A DNA stretch of 60,859 nucleotides, the filler included, from Basidiobolus ranarum (taxonomy: Eukaryota), in assembly GCA_040143965.1 (NCBI GenBank). It is 11 parts of 11 records of this genome, joined end to end, with 100 filler letters (N's around TTAATTAATTAA, not from the genome) between each part and the next. Parts side by side here need not be neighbours in the genome. Positions count along the whole stretch, not along the records: positions 1 to 5,456 come from JASJQH010008468.1; positions 5,557 to 11,009 come from JASJQH010008469.1; 9 more parts are not named here. One strand, written 5' to 3'. The position numbers and the translations under genes are program-made. The first letter of the stretch is position 1, and each line of letters opens with the position of its first letter. A model generated the notes under the pieces. That model was not told the DNA's origin. It saw only the letters and a list, made by a program, of their open reading frames with translations, and ran no database searches. Positions 1 through 9,760 of the stretch are shown here, in pieces.

Positions 1-111
1 CTCCGAATGGCTACAAAGGAAAAACTTGTAAGAATATTGTAACGCTGCTTGCTATTTAACGAGATTTGATCTATCCAGACTTACCTAATATCTCTTATTT
101 GTAGGGAAGTA
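1..111 (+). repeat. 111-bp direct repeat, copy 1 (identical to 5177..5287)
   Basis: CTCCGAATGGCTACAAAGG...TTTGTAGGGAAGTA is identical at 1..111 and 5177..5287; period 5176 bp. Confidence 0.95.
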
Positions 112-304
112 ATCGGCACCAGATTTGAGACTGGTGGAAAAATAACAGAACACATGCCTTGTTACGAATACCTTAAATTAAATTGGCAATGGAACGATGA
201 GCTTATATACCTGAACTGTATTATATTTCTCAGCGCATAATTGTTGTCTGAGATTGATTTTTGAATCTTGGAGGTGAATTGTAGTTAATTTGGTTACGTA
301 GTAG

Positions 305-387
305 GGTAACATGATAAAACTAGTCTGAGGCGCTATGCGCAAATTGCGGTCTCGTAAGAGGCTTGAGTTTGAATCTCACTGTTATCA
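305..387 (+). pseudogene. degenerate tRNA-Leu(CAA) pseudogene
   Basis: Acceptor GGTAACA/TGTTATC-A, Leu-type variable arm (CTCGTAAGAG), loop with CAA. The A-box, anticodon stem and T-loop (GTTTGAA instead of GTTCGAA) are damaged. Confidence 0.65.
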
Positions 388-535
388 GTAGTTTTAATTT
401 AGTTAGCAACTGCTTAGACTTGAAGCTTTCTTGATGGTAGCAGAATACTAATGTAGAATTAATATTTTGGTCTTCAGGATTCTTATCTCAAATGCCAACT
501 ACTTATAGCAGACAACCTTTCTGATGAGTTATAAT

Positions 536-607
536 GGTTTCGTGGTGTAACGGTTAGCACCCAGGACTTTGAATCCTGTAATCCGAGTTCGATTCTCGGC
601 GAGACCT
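536..607 (+). tRNA. tRNA-Gln(TTG)
   Basis: Acceptor GGTTTCG/CGAGACC, anticodon arm CAGGA-CTTTGAA-TCCTG, T-loop GTTCGATTC, downstream T-run terminator. Confidence 0.95.
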
Positions 608-930
608 CTTTTTTTAAATGGATGATTTGCTTTTCCCTGATGGTGACCACCATCCAGAATCTGTTAAAATCCCTATTTTATTATCTTAATGTACTATAAG
701 TACAGTTTATATATTACATTGATTTACCTTGTATGCATCATCTTTACTCTTGTACTGAGCTATGTATTTAAGAAAAGTTATAAATAATCTATCTCAAACT
801 TCCTTCTTTATCTTTATTTAGTAAACACTGCTCTTGCGATTTGTTTCTTCTCGCCACAGAATTCTTATTTTCCAAGTATCTATACTAAGTATGTAAGGTT
901 CAGATATAAAACGCGTTAAACTGCGTATTT

Positions 931-1012
931 GACGACATGGCCGAGTGGTTAAGGCGTATGACTAGAAATCATATGGGCTCTGCCCGCGCAGGTTCAAATC
1001 CTGCTGTCGTCG
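931..1012 (+). tRNA. tRNA-Ser(AGA)
   Basis: Acceptor GACGACA/TGTCGTC-G, anticodon arm TATGA-CTAGAAA-TCATA, long variable arm GGGCTCTGCCC. Confidence 0.95.
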
Positions 1013-1017
1013 CATTT

Positions 1018-1091
1018 GCTCGCATAGCTCAGTTGGTTAGAGCGTGGTGCTAATAACGCCAAGGCCGCAGGTTCGACCCCTGCTGTGAGCA
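1018..1091 (+). tRNA. tRNA-Ile(AAT)
   Basis: Acceptor GCTCGCA/TGTGAGC-A, anticodon arm TGGTG-CTAATAA-CGCCA; starts 5 nt after tRNA-Ser; T-run follows. Confidence 0.95.
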
Positions 1092-1407
1092 TTCCTTTTT
1101 CACTACATAGTCAATAGTACTCTCCATTTTAGTGTTTACCGAGTGGTGATAGTTGTTTGACATCGATGGATCAATCACTACCAGACCATATACTTAGTAT
1201 TTAGCGATTTGATTTCTTGTGTGGGTTGAGGCTTTCACGCCCAAACTTGTGCGAGAGATTTGTAGGTGGAGCCGTGTGGCTTAAAAATATTTGCTGAAAA
1301 TCTCCTTCCGTTGGTGTCCCAGAATGGGGCATTGAACCCTGCCTACTAGTTCGAGCAGGAATAGAAACAATGGAGTCGTGCCTATTTGTTTGGAAACAAA
1401 ATTAATG

Positions 1408-1479
1408 TTCCGCATCGGGGAATCGAACCCCGGCCTTCTCGGTGAGAGCGAGAGATCCTGACCACTGGACCAATGCGGA
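1408..1479 (-). tRNA. tRNA-Glu(CTC)
   Basis: Minus strand TCCGCATTGGTCCAGTGG...TCTCG-CTCTCAC-CGAGA...GGTTCGATTCCCCGATGCGGAA. Confidence 0.95.
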
Positions 1480-2130
1480 TATTACATGAATGTTAAAAAT
1501 GAGTTTTGCAAGTAAATACTAACTGCTTTATTTCACCTTAGGAATTCTGGTTTTTCGAAATCAGACTCGTAATATATGCATTGCGCTTCTATGTGTCCAA
1601 AGAACAACCTGGTTCTATTCATTTCCCCCTCTTTTTCTTTCTTCTTATGCTCGTTATTTACGTTCCTGATTGAGTTGATTGTTTAAACTTTTGTTTGTTT
1701 TGTTTTATTAGTAGTCTGGTATCTATGCATTTGTGTCACTGTCTGCTTCGTGTGTTCAGGCTTTATTCGTTAGTTGGTTGCATATTTACCACTCGAGTGG
1801 GATATTTCGAGGTCTTTTGCGGCATATTGGGTCCGTATACTGAATAAACCACTCAAAGTACTGTTACCCATAGCCAATATATATTTTCTTTCCTTCTTGG
1901 GAAGTATTTATGCGTTGCCAATCCATTTCAATTGCCAGCAAGTGATTCTCGAAAACAACAGTAATCAAAGGTTGGTAACTTTTATCTATTATTGAGCTGG
2001 TAATTTAGTATCCCTTGATCTTATACATGAGGTGGGGTGGAACTGAGCTACTCGATCGTACTCCTACCTCTTGCAGTCCTATCATATTCTAAATTAAGTC
2101 TATTTCTCTCTTGTGCCAAAGGTACTGTAT

Positions 2131-2201
2131 GCATACTTAGTTTAGTGGTATACATACCGCCTATCACGCGGTAGACCAGGGTTGGATTCTCTGAGTATAT
2201 A
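2131..2201 (+). pseudogene. degenerate tRNA pseudogene (Gly(GCC)- or Asp(GTC)-derived; present anticodon ATC)
   Basis: GCATACT...ACCGC-CTATCAC-GCGGT...GGGTTGGATTCTC...AGTATAT. The 71-nt length and GCA start resemble tRNA-Gly; T-loop and acceptor are mutated. Confidence 0.65.
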
Positions 2202-2750
2202 TTTTGTGTCACTTATACCAGAAGTCGATGTTCTTAGTTTAACAGGTAATCTTTTGCTTCTGTTCCCGAAGATTTAGCCTAGAAGAGAATCACGACTCTC
2301 CAAGAGTTGGCAGTAAATAAGTGTGGTCAGATTAAGAAAATTTACCAGTCATTGCTTCATTGGCAATTGTGGAACAAAGAAGCTATCAATCTGTATGGAA
2401 TAATCAAAAGGCATATGTTAGGGTTCGTGAAGAAGTCTGCCTTTTGACTTGCGCAAGATTCTAAAATGATTATACAAGCAAAATTTTGCCATAACTCGCT
2501 TATATTTTCTCTACTATTGATATACAGTCCCAAATCCTTGGGGGAGGAGGGGATTCGAACTCATGGCCATGTTGCTCATGCTACACGTATCAGCCAATGT
2601 CACTGTACACTTGAATCACAACAAAACTCTAAATGTTTATAATCTATAGGCAATTCATATCCTATATATAATGAGCCGGTTTTTCGAATCTATTCGTGAA
2701 TTAAATAAAATGTGAATAACATGCGAGCCAAACGGTTAATAAGATATAAT

Positions 2751-2823
2751 GCCTTCTTGGCTCAGTTGGCAGAGCGTCTGCCTAGTAAGCAGAAGGTCGC
2801 TGGTTCAATTCCGGCAGAAGGCA
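2751..2823 (+). tRNA. tRNA-Thr(AGT)
   Basis: Acceptor GCCTTCT/AGAAGGC-A, anticodon arm TCTGC-CTAGTAA-GCAGA. Confidence 0.95.
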
Positions 2824-2973
2824 TTACCTTTTGCACTTACATTCACACTATACAAATAGTCATTAATATTTCTTTTTGCATAATTGCAACTTGGTAATGT
2901 TAGTTTGAATCGAATATCAATATGCAATTGTCAACGGGACTAGCATATACAGGCACCGTTAAATAAAAAACAA

Positions 2974-3056
2974 TGAAGAGAGTGGGATTCGAACCCACGC
3001 CTCCGAAGAGATCACGGCCTTAACGTGACGCCTTAGACCAACTCGGCCATCTCTCC
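2974..3056 (-). tRNA. tRNA-Leu(AAG)
   Basis: Minus strand GGAGAGATGGCCGAGTTGG...TCACG-TTAAGGC-CGTGA, variable arm CTCTTCGGAG, GGTTCGAATCCCACTCTCTTCA. Confidence 0.95.
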
Positions 3057-3428
3057 ATTTTCGAGTACAAACTTTAACTTGCATTTTTTCTTACTTAGAT
3101 CAAGAGTGTGGCAAAGTTCACTAAGCAGCCTTGAAGCCATGCGCTTGGTTTAAAATAATCAGTCGTGGTTCAAATTGAGTAGCTTACCAAGCTTATGTGA
3201 TCTGTCTTGACTAAAGTTTACCCTTTAAGCATAGTTTTGTTGGGTAGAGAGAAAAACAGCTGCGATATATAGGAATCTTAAGATGCCTGGTTATGCACTT
3301 TTTTTATGCTTACTCCTTTACTCTATCAGTAGATATGTAGTTTTACTTTGATCATACCAATATAGTGTACAGAATTATACAAAGATGCTATATTCAGATG
3401 ACCTGCTCATAATACAATTAAACAAGAA

Positions 3429-3435
3429 GCCACCT

Positions 3436-3477
<42 letters not shown>

Positions 3478-3501
3478 TGCGTTCAATCCGCAGAGGTGGC
3501 A
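3429..3501 (+). tRNA. tRNA-Phe(GAA)
   Basis: Acceptor GCCACCT/AGGTGGC-A, anticodon arm TCAGA-CTGAAGA-TCTGA, followed by T7. Confidence 0.95.
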
Positions 3502-3723
3502 TTTTTTTCTCTGAGCTATATTGATGTATTGACCATTATTTTAAATCACATTTGTTAGTTGTGTGGCATCGGTTTTCTCATCACACCTGGATTTTCATAT
3601 TAATAGAATAATGGAGGGAAGAGATACCCATCATTGGTTCTGTTCAAGTAGCTGATGCTACTTGGCTTTCCAGAGCACGCATACCAAATATGGTGGCACT
3701 TTGGCCACTTATATACATAAAAT

Positions 3724-3796
3724 GCCCGGCTAGCTCAATCGGTAGAGCGTAAGACTCTTAATCTTAAGGTTGTGGGTTCGACCCCCACGTTGGGTG
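3724..3796 (+). tRNA. tRNA-Lys(CTT)
   Basis: GCCCGGCTAGCTCAATCGG..., anticodon arm TAAGA-CTCTTAA-TCTTA, GGTTCGACCC; several G-U pairs in the acceptor stem. Confidence 0.9.
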
Positions 3797-4346
3797 TTAA
3801 ATTTTATTCCTCTCTACCTCTTCTAAAGATTCTCACCCATAATGTAGTTCATTTTATGTAATTAGAACGTACTCTCCAGACATTGCCTAACAGTTGGGTA
3901 TTTTATTTTTCACTGTCGGATTTCTTTAGGTGTCTATCTCTCTTTCAATATCACAATGTATGCTCTAACCCTAGCCCTAACTGATTTTGTGGTTTCGTGG
4001 ACAGACTCCGAACAAACTATGAGTAAAAACTATTTAATGGAGGATCTGGGCATCGCTCTCAGTGTCTCTTGCATACTAAGCAAACTCTCTACCATCTGCA
4101 TAGATCCCCTGTAGCCAGCGCCCGATCCAGCTGTATTTTCTCGGCGTAAAACTGTTGAGATCTACAATATTGCTCTCGAGTAATACTAGATATCGAAAGG
4201 AGCAGAAGGGGAGCATCAGTATCAAGAATTGAGGTTTACAATGCAACATAGATATATCTTTTCCATACAACGATAATTCCATTATGAAGAAGGGTTAGAC
4301 AAAGAAGTAGCATTGTGGTTGACACGTAATAAAGTAGTAAAATAAC

Positions 4347-4420
4347 TGTCTTCGCTCGGATTCGAACCGAGGACCGTCTGTGTGTTAGACAGACGTGATA
4401 ACCAACTACACCACGAAGAC
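4347..4420 (-). tRNA. tRNA-Val(AAC)
   Basis: Minus strand GTCTTCGTGGTGTAGTTGG...TCTGT-CTAACAC-ACAGA...GGTTCGAATCCGAGCGAAGACA. Confidence 0.93.
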
Positions 4421-4516
4421 ATACTTGGTATTGTATTAAAATATATTATATATACTAAACCCTAAAGGTTACCAAATGCCTATCATGTAATCATGTGCTT
4501 AATGTATTGAATAAGT

Positions 4517-4588
4517 GGGGGGTTGGCGCAACGGTAGCGCGTTCGCCTCCAGAGCGAAAGGTTGCGTGTTCAAATCACGCACTCCTCA
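4517..4588 (+). tRNA. tRNA-Trp(CCA)
   Basis: Acceptor GGGGGGT/ACTCCTC-A, anticodon arm TTCGC-CTCCAGA-GCGAA, T-arm GCGTGTTCAAATCACGC. Confidence 0.93.
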
Positions 4589-4791
4589 CTTCTTCTTTGT
4601 ACTTTTCTTTTATCAATGTACTCGCTTAAGGAGCCTATATCAGTACTTGATGCACATAGCAGATTTGTCTTTATATGCTATCGAAGTTTATCACCAATGC
4701 AGATTTAAAGAAACTTTGTCATTTCTGGCAATAACTTGTACTCTTCAAAAAGTCTATATTTTCATGAACTTTTAAACTCTAGTAAAAGATA

Positions 4792-4863
4792 TTCCCCATC
4801 GGGGAATCGAACCCCGGCCGTCTCGGTGAAAGCGAGAAATCCTAACCACTGGACCAATGAGGA
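4792..4863 (-). tRNA. tRNA-Glu(TTC)
   Basis: Minus strand TCCTCATTGGTCCAGTGG...TCTCG-CTTTCAC-CGAGA...GGTTCGATTCCCCGATGGGGAA. Confidence 0.93.
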
Positions 4864-5011
4864 CTTTAATATTGAGTACACCAACCAAGACTGGTACTAT
4901 TAAGATAGCATATTTTTACAACTTAAAGATCGCTATATTTTTCAATATTAAACATACAGTTGGCTAATCTATTAGTTGATGTAGCTAATATGCGTCATTG
5001 CTTACAACTAA

Positions 5012-5082
5012 GCCATTGTAGTATAGTGGCAGTACATCGCGTTGTGGCCGCGTCGACCTCGGTTCGATTCCGAGCAATGGCA
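5012..5082 (+). tRNA. tRNA-His(GTG)
   Basis: Acceptor GCCATTG/CAATGGC-A, anticodon arm CGCG-TTGTGGC-CGCG, GGTTCGATTCC; no encoded G-1 (eukaryotic type). Confidence 0.93.
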
Positions 5083-5176
5083 AATATTTTACATACCTAA
5101 AATACAAGAATCTGCGAGCCTTTTTGCAATTCCGGCCTCTGTTTCACTCTGACATACAACAAAGATCTTATTATAC

Positions 5177-5287
5177 CTCCGAATGGCTACAAAGGAAAAA
5201 CTTGTAAGAATATTGTAACGCTGCTTGCTATTTAACGAGATTTGATCTATCCAGACTTACCTAATATCTCTTATTTGTAGGGAAGTA
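5177..5287 (+). repeat. 111-bp direct repeat, copy 2
   Basis: Identical to 1..111, then diverges abruptly (…GGAAGTA|TGC versus …GGAAGTA|ATC). Confidence 0.95.
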
Positions 5288-5456
5288 TGCAAATACATTT
5301 CTACATTATAAGCATTACCTTACACAAAGAATTAATATGAAAACGGGCCCTCTTTTTTATAAACGGAATAGTGTCCTTTGAATATATCATCTTTGTACCA
5401 CTACTATATGGAAAAGATTTATTAAGCTTCAATACATCGTAAACCATCTTATTCCC

Positions 5457-5556
5457 NNNNNNNNNNNNNNNNNNNNNNNNNNNNNNNNNNNNNNNNNNNN
5501 TTAATTAATTAANNNNNNNNNNNNNNNNNNNNNNNNNNNNNNNNNNNNNNNNNNNN
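5457..5556. other. artificial contig-joining spacer (first of 10)
   Basis: N44 + TTAATTAATTAA (stops in all six frames) + N44. The same spacer starts at 11010, 16561, 22109, 27655, 33197, 38735, 44271, 49805 and 55335. Confidence 0.99.
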
Positions 5557-6561
5557 CTACACGAAGCTAGGGCAATTTGACTTTCATATTCCTTTGTGAC
5601 ATTTAACTTTGCCCATAATACTTATGGACATAGACTCAGGATCTATATAAGCAAACTAACATGTAGAATGTGCTAACAAAGGTCCCAGGAACAAATGTGC
5701 AAAGTTTGAGGCTTCTTTGAAAAGTCTATATATCTGAGAACTTCTAAGTTGGTGTCAATATTCTTAGGAGATTAAAATTGAAAATAATGGATAATATCTT
5801 AGTGAATTATAAGATAACAAAGTACTAAGCTATATATGACTATATATGTGCTTAAGCAATGTTAATTTCAACACTCTCCCTCAACTATATAGTCATATAA
5901 ATTAATTCTCATGAAGGTCTAAATTTCTCAAATTTCTGTGTAGTTAATGGTTTGGTTAATACATCAGCAATCATGTCTTCTGTAGAACAATAAATTAAAT
6001 CTATAAACTTATTCTCTATAGTCTCTCTAATGAAGTGATTTACAATATCTATATGTTTGCTTCTGTTATGAAACATGGGATTTTTAGCTAATTTGATACA
6101 ACTTTGATTATCTTGAAATATTGTACTTGGTGAATTTTGAGAATAACCTAAATCAGTTAAGAGTTTTCTTGACCATGCTGCTTCTTTTGTTGCTTCACAG
6201 GCAGCCATGTATTCTGCTTCTGTTATTGAAAGTGTTAAAGTATTTGGGAGCCTGTTGGAAGTGGTTTGGAGAAAATAGAGAAGTTGGTGGTTTTCACTTA
6301 TTGATTTATTGAGTAGAAAGTTACCATTTATAGTTTTGCTCAGATGTAAACAAGCTAATGTGTAGAATGTGTTTAGGAAGGTCCCAGGAACATGTGTGCA
6401 AAGTTTGGGGCTTCTAGCATAAGCTTGAAAAAGCTATATATCTGAGAACTCTAAGTAAATTCCTCTGGAGAATAATGGATAATATCTTAGTTCAATATAA
6501 GATAATTAAGTGTTAAGCTATATATGACTATATAGGTGCTTAGGCAATGCTAATTTCAACA
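5557..6561 (-). mobile_element. Ty1/Copia remnant: LTR-A (6561..6233) - RNase H 3' end - PPT - LTR-A (5873..contig start)
   Basis: 5909..6232 encodes Ty1-type RNase H (TEAEYMAA, DNQSCI, KHIDI, ADVLTKPL). PPT AGTTGAGGGAGAG directly precedes TGTTG at 5873. A homologous ~329-bp TG...CA LTR lies at 6233..6561. Confidence 0.85.
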
Positions 6562-8433
6562 TAATTATCACATCGACCAGTGTTGAGATTATCAAGTTTT
6601 TCTGTAAGACACTCCACTTGCAAATGTTTCCAAATTAGTTATAAGACACTAAAACCAATGAAGACTCTCATTCGATCACAATTCCTTGAGGGGTTTTCTT
6701 GGAGCATGAGTCATGCTTAGGTAATAAGTAATTGGGTGACATCTAGGGTCATTGGGAGGTGACTGAGTGTATCGTGTTACACTAAGAAAGATCCTCTCCA
6801 AAGCTGGAAACCCCACCTTGAAAAATCTACAACCCTCACAACGACGGAGTATGCTTGAGGTGGATTTTAGAGCATCGAGAAAACTACCGCATACAAATGC
6901 GCAGCAAGAGCTGTGAAAGTGGTACATGCAGGTGAAACATCACATCTATATTCCATCAATTCTGGGATACGCCTAAGCAAAGATGAAACATCTGCGAAAT
7001 AAAAAAATGATTAATTATATGCAGCTGTTCGAATTCAAGAAAATTTCCAAATGGTTGTGCAAATTTGCTTGTCACGTTTGAACATGTGTAAGAGTTTGAT
7101 TAATGATGTGGTCAGTACTGAAACATGTATATGATAGTAATATTTTCGGAATACTGTTTCACACCATGAGATAATACAACAACAATCACCAGTAATTGGG
7201 CAAGAACGCACCCCCGATCGATGAACGTTTAGCAGTCTTATCCACTATATATGGGAATACTTAACATGGTGGACTATCGGCTCTTTGCACTATATGAATC
7301 GGCGATACTGCCTGGAGCTATTCTGGAGCTCAACCCCCAAATTTGCTGTAAAAAATTCGCCCGAGTGGGGCAATCCCAGTAGAGGAAGCTCTCTAGCTAA
7401 TGTGAAGCAATAGAGGTGTCCACAAATCAGTGCTGTAGCTCTTCGGTCAAAGGGGCGGCCAACCACTTCCTCCGTTGCGATTCGAATATGGAGGGCGAGG
7501 GGTGTCCCGTCCAACAAGAGGTTAGCAAGCATATACCGCTCATAACGGTTGCGTGAGGAAGTTCAAGACTTCTACGATCGGCTGTAGGTGTAGACCAATT
7601 GATGGGGAAGCTATTTTCAAAAGGGCCTATGGAGAGCTCCCCTCAACCTGAGGGTTTAGTCCCTACTTTGCATTCACTTGTTCCCGGATTCCCCATACCA
7701 AATTTCGACCTCCGAAAAAAAAAAGAATTTATATAGAACACCTTATCACTACATTATGATGGTCTTGTATTTTTAACCCTTTCAGGATAATGATTAGTAA
7801 CAATAATGGGAGTATTCTAAAATATGGTAGCCGACCTGTTCCTAGTATTGCAAATGATTGGTAACTAAAGGATATTTAGATATGTATTAGTGTTAGTTGG
7901 CATCATCGTGTAGTACCATATAAAATTTCGATCCCTGTATCTATTCCTTTTGTCAACTTGGGATTTAAATGGTAAGAATCATAACTGTGTACTAACTTGT
8001 TTCGTCTGTTCGAAAAAAAATCCTTATTTTGACTTATGTAACAAAATAACTTTCAATTGGCTCTTCGTCATTGAGCAATAAGAAAGATATACTAGTTGTC
8101 CATTCTCACCTGGTTTGTTTCTTCGAATTTTTTTGCCTAACAGTGGTTTTTCCACTTGTACGTCACAGCTTCTCGTTCTCATAATTCTCCCCCTGAGAAG
8201 ACTATTCCTAACTCAAACATTACCTTTTCAACAAGTGTCTGGTATAAGGCTGACCTCAAAAACGTTACTCCAGTTTGAGAAGCAGCTGTTTGAAATTTGT
8301 GGAGTTAGCAACACCTTACTTCTTATTCCCAGGGTTTAATCAGTTATATCGGTCCCTTTAAGCGTATATTCTGTTCGTGATTCTCTATCTAGTTTGGCCA
8401 AATCCATTGAAATCCTATCGTTTCGTTTCTTTG

Positions 8434-9760
8434 ATGAATCCTGATAGTTCACGGAACAATTTAATTCCCCAAGTCGATAAAGGACTAGATACAAATGGTG
8501 ATTCTGATATTACCTACTCGTTAAATAATCCATACGGTACTTTTCGTACCTCCTTAAATAATAATCCGAGTTGTCACAGCAACCCGGTTACCGATTCCAT
8601 CCCAGATTCTACAAAGGAACTTCAAGCCACTCCATCTACGTCTAAGAACGATCACCCAATAAGTAGGACACATGGGATTGAATTCACAAAACGTAAGAAC
8701 TGGTCTCACCGGATTATAGACCACCTACCAGACTTGTATTACGTTATAAATTCTTCGGGGTGTTTTATGTATTGCTCTCCTTCTTCGCTGAATCTGGTGG
8801 GATTTTCCCCTTCAGAGTTGATAGGAAGAAGCATCATGGATTTTATTCACGTAGACGATGTCGATATATTTATACATTGTATCAGACAATCTGCCGCAAA
8901 TCATCAGTTTAAGATATTCTACCGATTTCGCAAGAAAGATGATCGTTTTATCATGTTTGAAGTCCAAGGGAATACGTATCAAAAGGAAGGGACCGAAGCG
9001 AAGTACTTCTTTAGCATCGCTCGTCCTTATCCGTTAAAGGCCACTTCCCTCATGGATACGATGTTAGAACTGAAATTAGAAAATGTCATACTAAATCAAA
9101 GATTGAATCAGCTACGTGGGAGCGTTGAAGACTTTACGAGTCCGCAGACTTGTCGAAATGGGGAATTGGATGATGACATGTCTGAGGGATTGGCATATAA
9201 TGATGATTTGCGCAATTCACTTGATTTGAGAGGTGGACGGGGTGATCGAGGAGCCTCTAGCTCAACTTTGACCTCAAACAACTCTTACACAGCAGCGAAA
9301 AGTGAGAAGCCTGTCCTGGCTCAACTCGGTACTACAACTGCTACGACCAAGAAGAAGGTAAGAGTTGTAATGGTTTACAAGGAAGCTGCCAGAACAAAGG
9401 GGATCTGGGTGCAACATCAAATAGTATATTTAACTCTGCAGCAACTAAATGTATTTTTGTTTTTCCTCCATCACATCATGAAATACAATATGATGATCTG
9501 ATGGCAACAGAGAAAACACAAAATGGAAGATGACATAGATCGCGTGTGCACGGAGTGCGGTAAAACCGATTCACCCGAATGGCGTAAAGGCCCCCACGGA
9601 CCTAAGACGTAAATATGCTACTATCATAGCTTAATTGTTATCTTGACATATTCTCTAATCTGTATATGCACTTAGCCTTTGCAATGCTTGTGGACTCAGG
9701 TGGGCCAAAAGATCACGACTAGAATCCAAAGCTGAGGATCCTCCAAGTATTCCGGAATAA
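8434..9760 (+). CDS. wc-2: White collar-2-like PAS + GATA zinc-finger transcription factor (~368 aa)
   Basis: Exons 8434-9357, 9511-9608, 9676-9760 with GT-AG introns that keep frame. WC-2 motif [11 protein letters not shown] domain (YCSPSS...GFSPSELIG...FIHVDD), GATA finger [30 protein letters not shown]. Confidence 0.88.

Noticed and set aside
3100-3190. Possible further tRNA relic (GGTTCAAAT...ACCA)
   Set aside because: No convincing cloverleaf can be folded.
3964-3982. Telomere-like CTAACCCTAGCCCTAAC
   Set aside because: Only about 2.5 imperfect units at an internal position; compatible with chance.
1774-4775. Short ORFs in the tRNA contig (1774, 2712, 4076, 4515)
   Set aside because: Two overlap tRNA genes, and none has recognisable protein features.
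500-5012. Conserved TATA at -30 of the tRNA genes
   Set aside because: AT-rich boxes occur at inconsistent distances in an AT-rich background.
5457-5556. Regularly spaced TTAATTAATTAA palindromes flanked by Ns, about every 5.5 kb
   Set aside because: Artificial contig linkers. Adjacency across them, and ORFs running into them, have no biological meaning.
8377-8433. ORF-track start and unspliced C-terminus for the WC-2-like gene
   Set aside because: The GTG start is unlikely in a eukaryote. ATG 8434 with two introns restores the GATA finger.
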